The translations under genes and the position numbers were made by a program. From positions 55,311-119,310 of the forward strand of contig CALNYG010000013.1 in the NCBI GenBank assembly GCA_942490825.1: a stretch of 64,000 bases of DNA, read 5' to 3'. The notes below the pieces were generated by a model. The model was given only the letters and a program-made list of their open reading frames with translations, was not told the origin of the DNA and did not search any database. This stretch comes from Candidatus Moraniibacteriota bacterium (GTDB lineage: Bacteria; Patescibacteriota; Minisyncoccia; Moranbacterales; GCA-2747515). Shown one piece after another: positions 17,511 to 26,224 of this stretch (positions are counted from its first letter, which is position 1; every line of letters starts with the position of its first letter).

Positions 17511-18962
17511 TTAAAATTGAAAATAAATAAAAGGGGTTTCGATTGTTTGCATATACATACCAATAGTAAAGATTATCAATGAATAAAAAGCCCAGCGAAG
17601 AGATCTTCTACAACTCAGACCTAATTTAGCAATTGCATGTTCTTGTTCTCTGCCGAGCCATTCAATAATCAAAAAAATAAATATTAAAAAAGATAAGGTT
17701 ATTACTCCATTCATATCTTTAAGTGCAGGGATTGTAAATAGAGAAAACGAAAATATTCTTGAAATGTAATTTATTGCATGACTAACATTTTCAGCTCTGA
17801 AAAATATCCAAGCAAAAATAGTTAGACCAAAAGTTAATGCCATAAGGAAAAATTCCTTTATGCTTGGTAAATATTTTCCTTTTGCCACAACTTCTAAATT
17901 AGACCTGTTTTTATTAGCTAACAGAAGTGGTAAAAAATAAATTGCATTTAATGCTCCCCAAATTATAAATGTCCAATTAGCACCATGCCAAAATCCACTG
18001 ACTATAAAAATAATAAAAATATTTCTAATTTTTTTCCAAATACTACCACGACTACCACCTAATGGAATATAGAGATAATCTCGAAACCATGTGGAAAGTG
18101 AGATGTGCCAGCGTCTCCAAAACTCTGCGATGTCTCTAGAAAAATAGGGAAATGCAAAGTTTTGCATTAAATTAAAGCCAAAAAGTCTCGATGTACCAAT
18201 TGCTATATCTGAGTAACCTGAAAAATCTCCATAAATTTGAAAGGCGAAAAAAAATGCTCCCAGCACTAAAGTACTACCTGAATAATCACTTGAATTATTG
18301 AAAATTAGATTTGCATATTCTGCACAGTTATCCGCTATCACAACTTTCTTAAATAAGCCCCAAAGTATTTGACGCATTCCATCAATAGATTTTGAATAGC
18401 TAAAAATTCTTTTTTTATGAAATTGAGGGAGTAAATTAGAAGCTCTTTCAATTGGTCCTGCAACTAATTGAGGAAAAAAGCTTACAAAAGCAGAAAATGC
18501 AATAAAATCTTTCGTTGGTTTTATTTTCTTTTTATATACATCTATTGTGTAGCTTAATGTTTGAAATGTGTAGAAACTTATACCTACAGGTAATATTATA
18601 TTTAAAGTATTTGCTTTTATCTCTGTTCCAAATAATGAGAATGCTGTAATAAAATTTTCTAGAAAAAAATTGTAATATTTAAAAAATCCTAAAAATCCAA
18701 GATTAACAAGAATGCTTATCCAAAATAATATTTTTCTTCTTTTGGCATTTTCTTCTTTCGAGAGTTTAATTCCAATAGAATAATCAATGACTGTGCTAAA
18801 AAATATCAATGCTAAAAATTTATAATCCCACCATCCATAAAATAAGTAACTTGTTGCAAAAAGTAAAAGGTTTTGTAACCTTAAGTTTTTGTTTGTTACA
18901 AACCAGTAAAGTATAAAAACTATAGGTAGGAATATTGCAAAATCAATAGAATTAAAAAGCAT
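17511..18962 (-). CDS. MBOAT family O-acyltransferase (AlgI/DltB-like)
   Basis: Multi-pass membrane protein with RRWHISLSTWFRDYLYIPLGGSRG, the conserved His motif of AlgI/DltB. Confidence 0.85.
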   Translation of the reverse strand: MLFNSIDFAIFLPIVFILYWFVTNKNLRLQNLLLFATSYLFYGWWDYKFLALIFFSTVIDYSIGIKLSKEENAKRRKILFWISILVNLGFLGFFKYYNFFLENFITAFSLFGTEIKANTLNIILPVGISFYTFQTLSYTIDVYKKKIKPTKDFIAFSAFVSFFPQLVAGPIERASNLLPQFHKKRIFSYSKSIDGMRQILWGLFKKVVIADNCAEYANLIFNNSSDYSGSTLVLGAFFFAFQIYGDFSGYSDIAIGTSRLFGFNLMQNFAFPYFSRDIAEFWRRWHISLSTWFRDYLYIPLGGSRGSIWKKIRNIFIIFIVSGFWHGANWTFIIWGALNAIYFLPLLLANKNRSNLEVVAKGKYLPSIKEFFLMALTFGLTIFAWIFFRAENVSHAINYISRIFSFSLFTIPALKDMNGVITLSFLIFIFLIIEWLGREQEHAIAKLGLSCRRSLRWAFYSLIIFTIGMYMQTIETPFIYFQF

Positions 18963-19092
18963 TGAATTTAAAATTTATAGGTTAATAGGTAAAGTTTAGA
19001 ATTAAGTCAAGATTTGTAGATTGTGTAAAATTAAGATATATTAAAAGTACATTTAGTGATTATATCATGAAATTTGTAATAATAAATAAATC

Positions 19093-21306
19093 ATGCCACA
19101 AAAAATTCTAAAAAAAACATTCGGTTACAACAAATTCCGACCGCTTCAAAAAGAAATAATAGACAATGTCTTAAATAAAAAAGACACCGTCGTATTAATG
19201 CCAACAGGAGGCGGAAAGTCACTTTGCTATCAAATTCCTGCAATCCACCTTCAAGGATTAACAGTTGTCGTTTCACCTTTGATTTCCTTAATGAAAGATC
19301 AAGTTGATGCTTTGCGACAAAATGGAGTTGAGGCTGCTTTTTGGAATTCGACACTTTCGCTTGAACAACAAAATAAATTACAAGAAAAAATACATAATAA
19401 AGAATTAAATCTTCTTTACATAGCACCAGAAAGATTTGGTGCAAGTGGATTTTTACAATTTTTACAAAATCTTAAAGACGACATTTCACTTTTCGCTATA
19501 GATGAGGCACATTGTATTTCTGCATGGGGACACGATTTTCGTCCAGATTATCGAAATTTACAAGTTCTAAAAAATGATTTTCCGAAAATTCCCATTATTG
19601 CACTTACAGCCACAGCGACGCCGAAAGTTTTACAAGATATAATTTCCAACTTAAATTTAAATAAAGATTTTAAAGTTTTTCAAGGATCCTTTGATCGAAA
19701 AAATTTATTTTATGAAGTGAAAAGAAAACAAAAATCTTTTGATCAAATTTGTTATTTTTTAAATAAAAGAAAAAAAGAATCGGGAATTATTTATTGTTTC
19801 TCACGGAAAAAAGTAGACGCAATGGCTCAAAAGTTAAAACATAAAGGCTTTTCAGTTTTGCCGTACCATGCAGGATTAAGTCCGCAAATTAGAGCAAAAA
19901 ATCAAGATAAATTTATTAAAGATGAAGTGCAAATTATTGTGGCAACGATTGCTTTTGGGATGGGAATTGATAAACCAGATGTGCGTTTTGTAATTCATGA
20001 TAGTTTGCCAAAAAATATTGAAAGTTACTATCAAGAAACTGGGCGAGCGGGACGTGATGGTGATCCAGCACATTGTCTTTTATTTTTTTCTTATGGCGAC
20101 AAGCGAAATATTGAATTTTTCTTTAATGATATTTCGGATGAGTCTGAAAGAAAAAATGCTGAAGAAAAGTTGCAAAAAATGATTGATTTTTGTGAACAGA
20201 AAAGATGTCGTCGGCAAATGCTTTTAAATTATTTTGATGAAGATTTTTCAATTTCACCAGATAGAAGTGACGATGAGGCAAAAAAATGTTGTGATTTTTG
20301 CGTGAATCCTCCCGATGTTTTTGATGCGACGGAAATTTCTTTTAAAATATTTTCAGCGATTGCACGGACTAATCAACGTTTTGGCATGATGACAATTATT
20401 GATATTTTAAAAGGTAGTAAAAATCAAAAAATGGTGGGACGAGGTTTTGAAAAATTGTCAGTTTTTGGAATTGTTACAGATTTTTCTAAAGATGCGATGA
20501 GTGAAATTATTCGACAGTTAATTGATCGAAATTTTTTGCGATTAACAAAAGATGAATTTCCTGTTTTGAAATTAACACAACAGGCAGCTGAAGCAATTTC
20601 ACATAGAAAAATGATTAGTCTTTTTTCAATTAAAAAAGATTTTATTGAATCAAGTACAAATGTTCAGGAAGAATTTGAGTTTGATGAGGAACTTTTTGAG
20701 GACTTACGTATTTTACGAACAAGAATTGCTCAAGAGAAAAATCTTCCACCTTATGTTATTTTTCATGATAAGGCTTTGCGTCAGATTGCAGCAGTTCTAC
20801 CAACTTCGAAAGATGATTTAGAAAATATTTCAGGTATTGGTTCGCGAAAAATTAATGATTATGGTGATGGTGTGATTGAGGTGGTGCAGGATTTTTGTGA
20901 AAGGAAAAAAGTTGATAAAGATGTTCATAAAGATAATATTGATTTTGATGAAATTAATAAGACGGAAGTTAAAATTGCACCACCGAATGGTCGCTCTGAG
21001 GATATTTTAAATTTATTGAAACAAGGTAAGTCTGTTCTGGAGATGACTAATATTTTTGGAATTAAGGAAGGGACAATTTTTGCTCATATTGAACGTTTAA
21101 TTTTTTCAGGTGATATTGAGGGAATTGATTATTTTGTTGATAAAGAAACTCAGATTGTGATCGAGAATGCTTTTGATGGTAATTTTAAACAGAATCTTTC
21201 TGTTATTAAAGAGAGATTGGAGGACGATTTTAGTTATGATGAGATTAGGTTGGTGAGAGTGATTGGATTGAGAAATAAGGAAAAGAAAGTTATAATTAAG
21301 ATATAA
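19093..21306 (+). CDS. recQ: ATP-dependent DNA helicase RecQ
   Basis: FGYNKFRPLQKEII, MPTGGGKSLCYQIPA, DEAHCISAWGHDFRPDY, a Zn-binding C-rich region, an HRDC-like region (LRILRTRIAQEKNLPPYVIFHDKALRQIA) and an extra C-terminal domain. Confidence 0.9.
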   Translation: MPQKILKKTFGYNKFRPLQKEIIDNVLNKKDTVVLMPTGGGKSLCYQIPAIHLQGLTVVVSPLISLMKDQVDALRQNGVEAAFWNSTLSLEQQNKLQEKIHNKELNLLYIAPERFGASGFLQFLQNLKDDISLFAIDEAHCISAWGHDFRPDYRNLQVLKNDFPKIPIIALTATATPKVLQDIISNLNLNKDFKVFQGSFDRKNLFYEVKRKQKSFDQICYFLNKRKKESGIIYCFSRKKVDAMAQKLKHKGFSVLPYHAGLSPQIRAKNQDKFIKDEVQIIVATIAFGMGIDKPDVRFVIHDSLPKNIESYYQETGRAGRDGDPAHCLLFFSYGDKRNIEFFFNDISDESERKNAEEKLQKMIDFCEQKRCRRQMLLNYFDEDFSISPDRSDDEAKKCCDFCVNPPDVFDATEISFKIFSAIARTNQRFGMMTIIDILKGSKNQKMVGRGFEKLSVFGIVTDFSKDAMSEIIRQLIDRNFLRLTKDEFPVLKLTQQAAEAISHRKMISLFSIKKDFIESSTNVQEEFEFDEELFEDLRILRTRIAQEKNLPPYVIFHDKALRQIAAVLPTSKDDLENISGIGSRKINDYGDGVIEVVQDFCERKKVDKDVHKDNIDFDEINKTEVKIAPPNGRSEDILNLLKQGKSVLEMTNIFGIKEGTIFAHIERLIFSGDIEGIDYFVDKETQIVIENAFDGNFKQNLSVIKERLEDDFSYDEIRLVRVIGLRNKEKKVIIKI

Positions 21307-21325
21307 TTTTTTAGTAATATATTCT

Positions 21326-21892
21326 ATGAAAAATTTATTAATAGTAATTACGGGATTTCCAGGAACTGGAAAAACAACTTTTGGTAAAAAAATATCGGAA
21401 GATTTTAACATGCCATTTATTTCAAAAGATGATTTTAAAGAGATTATGTTTGATGGATTTGGATACAAAGATCGTAATTTATCTAAAAAATTTGGTATTG
21501 TTAGTTACGATATTCTTTATCATGTTGCAGAAGCTAATTTAAGAAGTAATAATTCTGTTATCATTGAAACAAATTTTGATCCTAAATTTGCAAATAAGAG
21601 AATTTTAAATTTAAAGAAAAAATATGATTTTGAAATTTTGCAAATAAGATTTTATACAGAAGGCAATGTTCTTTTTGAAAGATTTAAAAAAAGAGCTTTT
21701 TCAGAAAATCGTCATTCAGGTCATTGTGATAGTGAATGTTTAGAGGAATGGCGACCAATACTATTAAAAGGCATGATAGAAGCTTTGGATATAAATGGAG
21801 ATATTGTTGATGTTGATACAACAGATTTTGATAAAATTAATTATAAAGAAGTTTTTGATGTTATTAGTAATAAATTAGGTAATATTAATTAA
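21326..21892 (+). CDS. P-loop kinase-like ATP-binding protein (AAA_33-type)
   Basis: Walker A motif ITGFPGTGKTTFGKKI. 188 aa. Confidence 0.55.
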   Translation: MKNLLIVITGFPGTGKTTFGKKISEDFNMPFISKDDFKEIMFDGFGYKDRNLSKKFGIVSYDILYHVAEANLRSNNSVIIETNFDPKFANKRILNLKKKYDFEILQIRFYTEGNVLFERFKKRAFSENRHSGHCDSECLEEWRPILLKGMIEALDINGDIVDVDTTDFDKINYKEVFDVISNKLGNIN

Positions 21893-21902
21893 ATAAAAAT
21901 TT

Positions 21903-22205
21903 ATGAACAAAAAACAACCGCAGTCAAACAATCAAATAAAACTTGCAGATAATATCGCAGGAGCAGAATATGCAAATATCGCACAAATCATGCATAATAA
22001 AGAAGAATTTCGTTTAATGTTTGCACATATTTTTGAACCGACTGGAAAAGTAGTTGGCAAAGTAACAGTTACGCCCGGGCATTTCAAGAGGATGGTAAAA
22101 GCGATGCAGGAAAATTTAAAAAAGTACGAAGAGCAGTTTGGTGAAATTGAAAAATCAGAAGGTCCTAGTTCTGGAGGGATCGGGTTTGCGGATAGAAAAG
22201 AGTAG
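21903..22205 (+). CDS. DUF3467 family protein
   Basis: GAEYANIAQIMHNKEEFRLMFAHIF...VTVTPGHFKRMVKAMQENLKKYEEQFGEI matches my recollection of the DUF3467 pattern. Confidence 0.65.
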   Translation: MNKKQPQSNNQIKLADNIAGAEYANIAQIMHNKEEFRLMFAHIFEPTGKVVGKVTVTPGHFKRMVKAMQENLKKYEEQFGEIEKSEGPSSGGIGFADRKE

Positions 22206-22211
22206 TTTTTT
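22137..22211 (+). repeat. 75-bp direct repeat, copy 1 (functional 3' end of the DUF3467 gene)
   Basis: TTTGGTGAAATTGAAAAATCAGAAGGTCCTAGTTCTGGAGGGATCGGGTTTGCGGATAGAAAAGAGTAGTTTTTT. About 90% identical to 22541-22615. Confidence 0.85.
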
Positions 22212-22233
22212 ATTAAAAATTAAAAACAATAAA

Positions 22234-22461
22234 ATGAAAAAATGTTCAAATTGTAAAAAGGAATTAGAACCCATATTTATAATCGATGGAACTAACACGT
22301 CAAGCGTTCGAAATGGATTTGTTTTTACTAAGGAAAAACCAACGAAATCATGGACTGGAAGTGTTAATAATGAAGCTGGTGTTGTTCGTGCTTTCTTTTG
22401 TTCTGAATGTAAAAAAGTTGAGTTATATGCGATTGAGGGAGAAAAAGATTTATTTGTATAA
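22234..22461 (+). CDS. small zinc-ribbon protein (75 aa)
   Basis: MKKCSNCKKE...FFCSECKK gives two CxxC pairs. ATG 22234 is preferred over the track's TTG at 22138, which overlaps the previous gene. Confidence 0.5.
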   Translation: MKKCSNCKKELEPIFIIDGTNTSSVRNGFVFTKEKPTKSWTGSVNNEAGVVRAFFCSECKKVELYAIEGEKDLFV

Positions 22462-22540
22462 AATAAATTTAAAATTTTTAAAGTTCAGTTTAAGTTTATT
22501 CTTAAATTGGGCTTTTATTTTTATTTCAATTAATAATGAT

Positions 22541-22615
22541 TTTGGTGAAATTGAAAAGTCAGAAAGTCCTATCTCGGGAGGGATCGGGTTTGCGGATAGA
22601 AAAGAATAGTTTTTT
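22541..22615 (+). pseudogene. 75-bp direct repeat, copy 2 (orphan DUF3467 3' end fragment)
   Basis: Encodes FGEIEKSESPISGGIGFADRKE-stop with no upstream gene body. Same stop-codon context and T6 run as copy 1. Confidence 0.8.
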
Positions 22616-22640
22616 GTGGTACACTAGGTTGTATTAATTT

Positions 22641-23564
22641 ATGAATCGAATTTTTATGAAAAATGTTATCATAACAATCTTAGTATTTTTAGTTTTGATT
22701 TCGAGCGGGATAAGTTTATATTTTTTCAAAGAATTAAATTCTAATAAAATAGAAACGAATGAAAAAGATATTCCTACTATTGAAGATAAAAAAGTAGAGG
22801 AAGAAGTTTTGGATCAGATTTCAGGTAAAGTTAAAAAGACAGGCGAAAAAGAAAAAATTTCAAATCAGAATTTAAAACCTGAAGATGATTTGGCTGTTTA
22901 TAAAAATGAAAAATATAATTATAGTTTTAAATATCCGAAAGATTGGTATCTTTATGAATATTCTGATTATAGAGAAAAATGTCCAACTAAAAGTGATCTT
23001 TTTGGAGTTGAGAAATCTGTTATTTTAAGTAAGAGTGAATTAAAAGGATGCGAGATCGTTGAGGATGGAGAATATAATAGTGCTTTTGGAGGAAATATTT
23101 ATTTTCATGCAATGGACAAGGGAGGAATGGTTAATATTGTTGAAAATCGCTTAAGTAGTTATAATGAAGAATACAAGGAGGCGTTTATTGGAAATGGTAT
23201 AAGGTCAACAAAGTCTGTATTTGAGGGCTCTCCAAGATATACTTACGACTTTAGAGTGGCAAGATTTAATTATAGTATTATAATTAAAAAAGATAATAAA
23301 GAAAATATCGATTCAGAATTGATGAGTTTTTTAGATAGTATAGTTATAGAAGATTATTATTGTGAGACAGATAGTGATTGTGTTATAAAAGAAGAAAAAG
23401 ATACTTGTCTTGAATGTGATAAAAAATTTGTTTGTGTTAATGAGAATTCAGAAATTAATAAGGTAAAAGCTTATTGTGCTAGTCCTAAAAATTATGAAAC
23501 ATGTATAACTTCAATCGTTCCGACAGGGTGTCAGTGTGTTAATAATAGGTGTGAAGATAATTAA
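22641..23564 (+). CDS. hypothetical membrane-anchored or secreted protein with a Cys-rich C-terminus
   Basis: N-terminal TM/signal segment (VIITILVFLVLISSG). C-terminal 70 aa carry about 10 Cys. Confidence 0.4.
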   Translation: MNRIFMKNVIITILVFLVLISSGISLYFFKELNSNKIETNEKDIPTIEDKKVEEEVLDQISGKVKKTGEKEKISNQNLKPEDDLAVYKNEKYNYSFKYPKDWYLYEYSDYREKCPTKSDLFGVEKSVILSKSELKGCEIVEDGEYNSAFGGNIYFHAMDKGGMVNIVENRLSSYNEEYKEAFIGNGIRSTKSVFEGSPRYTYDFRVARFNYSIIIKKDNKENIDSELMSFLDSIVIEDYYCETDSDCVIKEEKDTCLECDKKFVCVNENSEINKVKAYCASPKNYETCITSIVPTGCQCVNNRCEDN

Positions 23565-23581
23565 TATTTCTTTAGCAAATT

Positions 23582-23614
23582 AAAAAACCTCTTTCTTGAT
23601 GATTGAGGTTTTTT
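23582..23614 (+). terminator. intrinsic terminator
   Basis: AAAACCTC-13 nt-GAGGTTTT running into a T-run. Confidence 0.65.
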
Positions 23615-23646
23615 ATTTTGTTGATTTTTTTAAAATTATGTAGTAT

Positions 23647-23664
23647 AGCCCGTGCGGCGAGCAC
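23647..23664 (+). repeat. GC-rich intergenic repeat, copy 2 (AGCCCGTGCGGCGAGCAC + T6)
   Basis: Read directly. Confidence 0.8.
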
Positions 23665-23704
23665 TTTTTTAATCATGCTGAAAAGTTTAAATAAATCATA
23701 AATT

Positions 23705-23733
23705 TTGCCACCATTCCTTAAAATTGCTACAAT
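23705..23733 (+). promoter_or_regulatory. sigma70-type promoter candidate for pheT
   Basis: TTGCCA, 17-nt spacer, TACAAT. Confidence 0.5.
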
Positions 23734-23770
23734 TAGAGATGTAAATTAACTTTTAAAAATATTAATTTTT

Positions 23771-26221
23771 ATGAAATTCTCATACAATTGGCTTAAAGAA
23801 TTAAGCGGAACAAAAAAAACAGCTCAAGAAATAGCAGAACTATTTCTAACACATAGCTTTGAAGTTGAAGAAATTATCGATTTAGGGAAAGGTTTAGAAA
23901 ATGTTGTTGTAGGTGAAGTAGTAGAAGTGGAAAAACATCCTGATGCAGATAAACTAAATGTGGCAAAAGTGAATGTTGGTAACGAAGAATTACAAATTGT
24001 TTGCGGTGCACCAAATTTAAAAGTTGGGCAAAAAGTTCCGGTAGCATTAATCGGAGCAAAATTACCGATGCCAAAAAATAAAGATGGCGTTGATTTTTTT
24101 GAAATTAAAAAAGCAAAATTGCGAGGAGTTGAGTCAAGCGGAATGATTTGTGCAGAAGACGAATTAGAACTTGGTGAAAATCACGAGGGAATTATGGTTT
24201 TGGCTGAAGATGCGGAAGTTGGAAAACCTTTTGCTGAGTATTTAAATTTAAATGACACTGTTTTTGACATTGATATTTTGCCAAATCGTGGTCATGATTG
24301 TTTGAGCTATAACGGAATCGCACGAGAGATAGTTACTTTAGATCAGGATATTTCGGAAGATTTAGAATTTCAAATTTCAAGTTTTAAAAAAAATAATAAT
24401 TTAGCTTCTAAATTAAATTTAGATAATTCAGACTTGTCTGCCGAACAGGTAGGATTAGAAATTAGTCTTGATACAGAAAATTGCAGTCGATATATTGGTA
24501 CAAAAATTAGCAATGTGGAAATCGGTGAATCACCAGAATGGATGAAGGCTCGATTGAAGGCGTCAGGAATGAATTCGATTAACAATTTAGTTGATATTAC
24601 AAATTATGTGATGTTGGAAACTGGTCAGCCATTGCATGCTTTTGATTCACGAGGTTTCGAGAAAATTGCTGTGCGACAGGCGAAAAGTGATGAAAAGTTA
24701 ATTTTACTTAATGATCAAGAAGTGAAGTTAATTGAAGATGATATGGTAATTACTCATGATGGGGAGCCAGTAGGTTTAGCTGGTGTGATGGGTGGGAAAG
24801 ATAGTGGAATCAAAGATGATACAACTAATATTATTTTAGAAAGTGCTAGTTTTCATTCAAGCACAATTCGATTAACTCAGCGACGATATAATTTACAAAC
24901 AGATGCGGCATACCGATATGAGCGTGATATTGATCCTAATTTTGCTGAGCAAGCAGCGGTACGAGCAATTGAGTTGATTCAAGAGTTGTGTGGTGGTGAA
25001 GTTGAAGAAATTAAAGATGTATATTTAGAACCAATTACTTTTTGGTCCGTTAAACTTTCTGTTGAATATGTACAGAAACTTTTAGGTGTAAAAATTTCTA
25101 GTGATGAAGTTGTTAATATTTTGAATCGTTTGGGAATTACTGTTGTTAAAGATTTAGGTGAAGAAAGATTTGCTTGTAAAATTCCAACTCGACGGAGAGA
25201 TTTGAGGACGCAAGAAGATTTAATTGAAGAAATTGGGCGAATTTATGGTTATGATAAGATTACACCAACTCCGATTGTGAGTGATGTTGAAATGCCTCAT
25301 CGAAATGAACAAAGATTTTTTGAGCGAACTTTGAAAGATGTTTGTGTAAGTAATGGTTTTAATGAAATTAAAAGTTATTCTTTCTATGGTAAAGATCAGG
25401 CGGAGATAATTGGTTTAGGTGATAAGAAGCACTTGGCACTTTTGAATCCGTTTAGTTCTGAACAAGATTATTTGCGAAGAAGTTTAATGGTGCATTTATT
25501 ATCTGCAGATAAAAAGAATTTGAGTTATTTTGATCAGGTAAATATTTTTGAAATCGGACGAGTTTATAATCCAACAGAAACTTCTCTTCCGGATGAGCGA
25601 TTAGTTTTCGGAGCAAGTGTGGCGAGCAAAGATAAAAAAGGTGAACAATTTTTTGAACTAAAAGGTTTGCTAGAGGTTTTGTTTGAGCGAGTTGGTTTGA
25701 ATGATTTTTATTTTGATGACTCTGTGGAAAGTGATGAAGAATATTTGATTCCTGCTTTACATCCATCTCGACAGGCTTTGATTAAAAATGGTGAGGGTAA
25801 AATTTTAGGTTGGATTGGTGAGGTTAATCGAAATGCACACAAGCAATTTGGTTTGAAAAAAGTTCGAGCGGCGGTTTGTGAAGTTGATGTTGATGCTTTG
25901 CGGGCGGAGACTGAGAAGGAGAGATTTTTTGAACCGTTGGCGAAGTTTCCTTTTGTGAATCGTGATTTGTCGATGGTTGTTGGTGAAGAGGTTCGAGTTG
26001 GTGATGTTGAGAGGGTGATGTATTTGGCTGGTGGTGATTTGGTGAAGGATGTTGATTTGTTTGATCTTTATGTTAATCCTGAAACTAGTGAACGTTCAAT
26101 GGCTTTTCGGATTACTTTTGGGAATGTTGAGAGGACTTTGAAGTCTGAGGAGGTTGATGAGAAGATTGTTAAGGTTATTGAGAGTGTTGAGGGGGAGTTG
26201 GGGGTTGAGGTTAGGAAATAG
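23771..26221 (+). CDS. pheT: phenylalanine--tRNA ligase beta subunit
   Basis: MKFSYNWLKEL start, tRNA-binding domain (HPDADKLNVAKVNVG), B3/4 and B5 domains, FDX-ACB-like C-terminus. 816 aa. Confidence 0.9.
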   Translation: MKFSYNWLKELSGTKKTAQEIAELFLTHSFEVEEIIDLGKGLENVVVGEVVEVEKHPDADKLNVAKVNVGNEELQIVCGAPNLKVGQKVPVALIGAKLPMPKNKDGVDFFEIKKAKLRGVESSGMICAEDELELGENHEGIMVLAEDAEVGKPFAEYLNLNDTVFDIDILPNRGHDCLSYNGIAREIVTLDQDISEDLEFQISSFKKNNNLASKLNLDNSDLSAEQVGLEISLDTENCSRYIGTKISNVEIGESPEWMKARLKASGMNSINNLVDITNYVMLETGQPLHAFDSRGFEKIAVRQAKSDEKLILLNDQEVKLIEDDMVITHDGEPVGLAGVMGGKDSGIKDDTTNIILESASFHSSTIRLTQRRYNLQTDAAYRYERDIDPNFAEQAAVRAIELIQELCGGEVEEIKDVYLEPITFWSVKLSVEYVQKLLGVKISSDEVVNILNRLGITVVKDLGEERFACKIPTRRRDLRTQEDLIEEIGRIYGYDKITPTPIVSDVEMPHRNEQRFFERTLKDVCVSNGFNEIKSYSFYGKDQAEIIGLGDKKHLALLNPFSSEQDYLRRSLMVHLLSADKKNLSYFDQVNIFEIGRVYNPTETSLPDERLVFGASVASKDKKGEQFFELKGLLEVLFERVGLNDFYFDDSVESDEEYLIPALHPSRQALIKNGEGKILGWIGEVNRNAHKQFGLKKVRAAVCEVDVDALRAETEKERFFEPLAKFPFVNRDLSMVVGEEVRVGDVERVMYLAGGDLVKDVDLFDLYVNPETSERSMAFRITFGNVERTLKSEEVDEKIVKVIESVEGELGVEVRK

Positions 26222-26224
26222 AAT

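Noticed and set aside
22286-22609. 107-aa ORF ending in ...DFGEIEKSESPISGGIGFADRKE
   Set aside because: Only its last ~23 codons are meaningful; these are the duplicated DUF3467 tail. The upstream part overlaps the zinc-ribbon gene out of frame and reads as low-complexity sequence. It is treated as an orphan gene-end fragment, not a gene.
22137-22615. Diversity-generating retroelement (TR/VR pair) as an explanation for the 75-bp repeat pair
   Set aside because: The differences between the copies are not restricted to adenine positions: A>G, G>A and T/C changes all occur. No reverse transcriptase is present, and the second copy is not inside a gene body.
23771-26221. pheT without an adjacent pheS as an anomaly
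   Set aside because: pheS may simply lie elsewhere in the genome. Absence from a 64-kb window is not evidence of loss.
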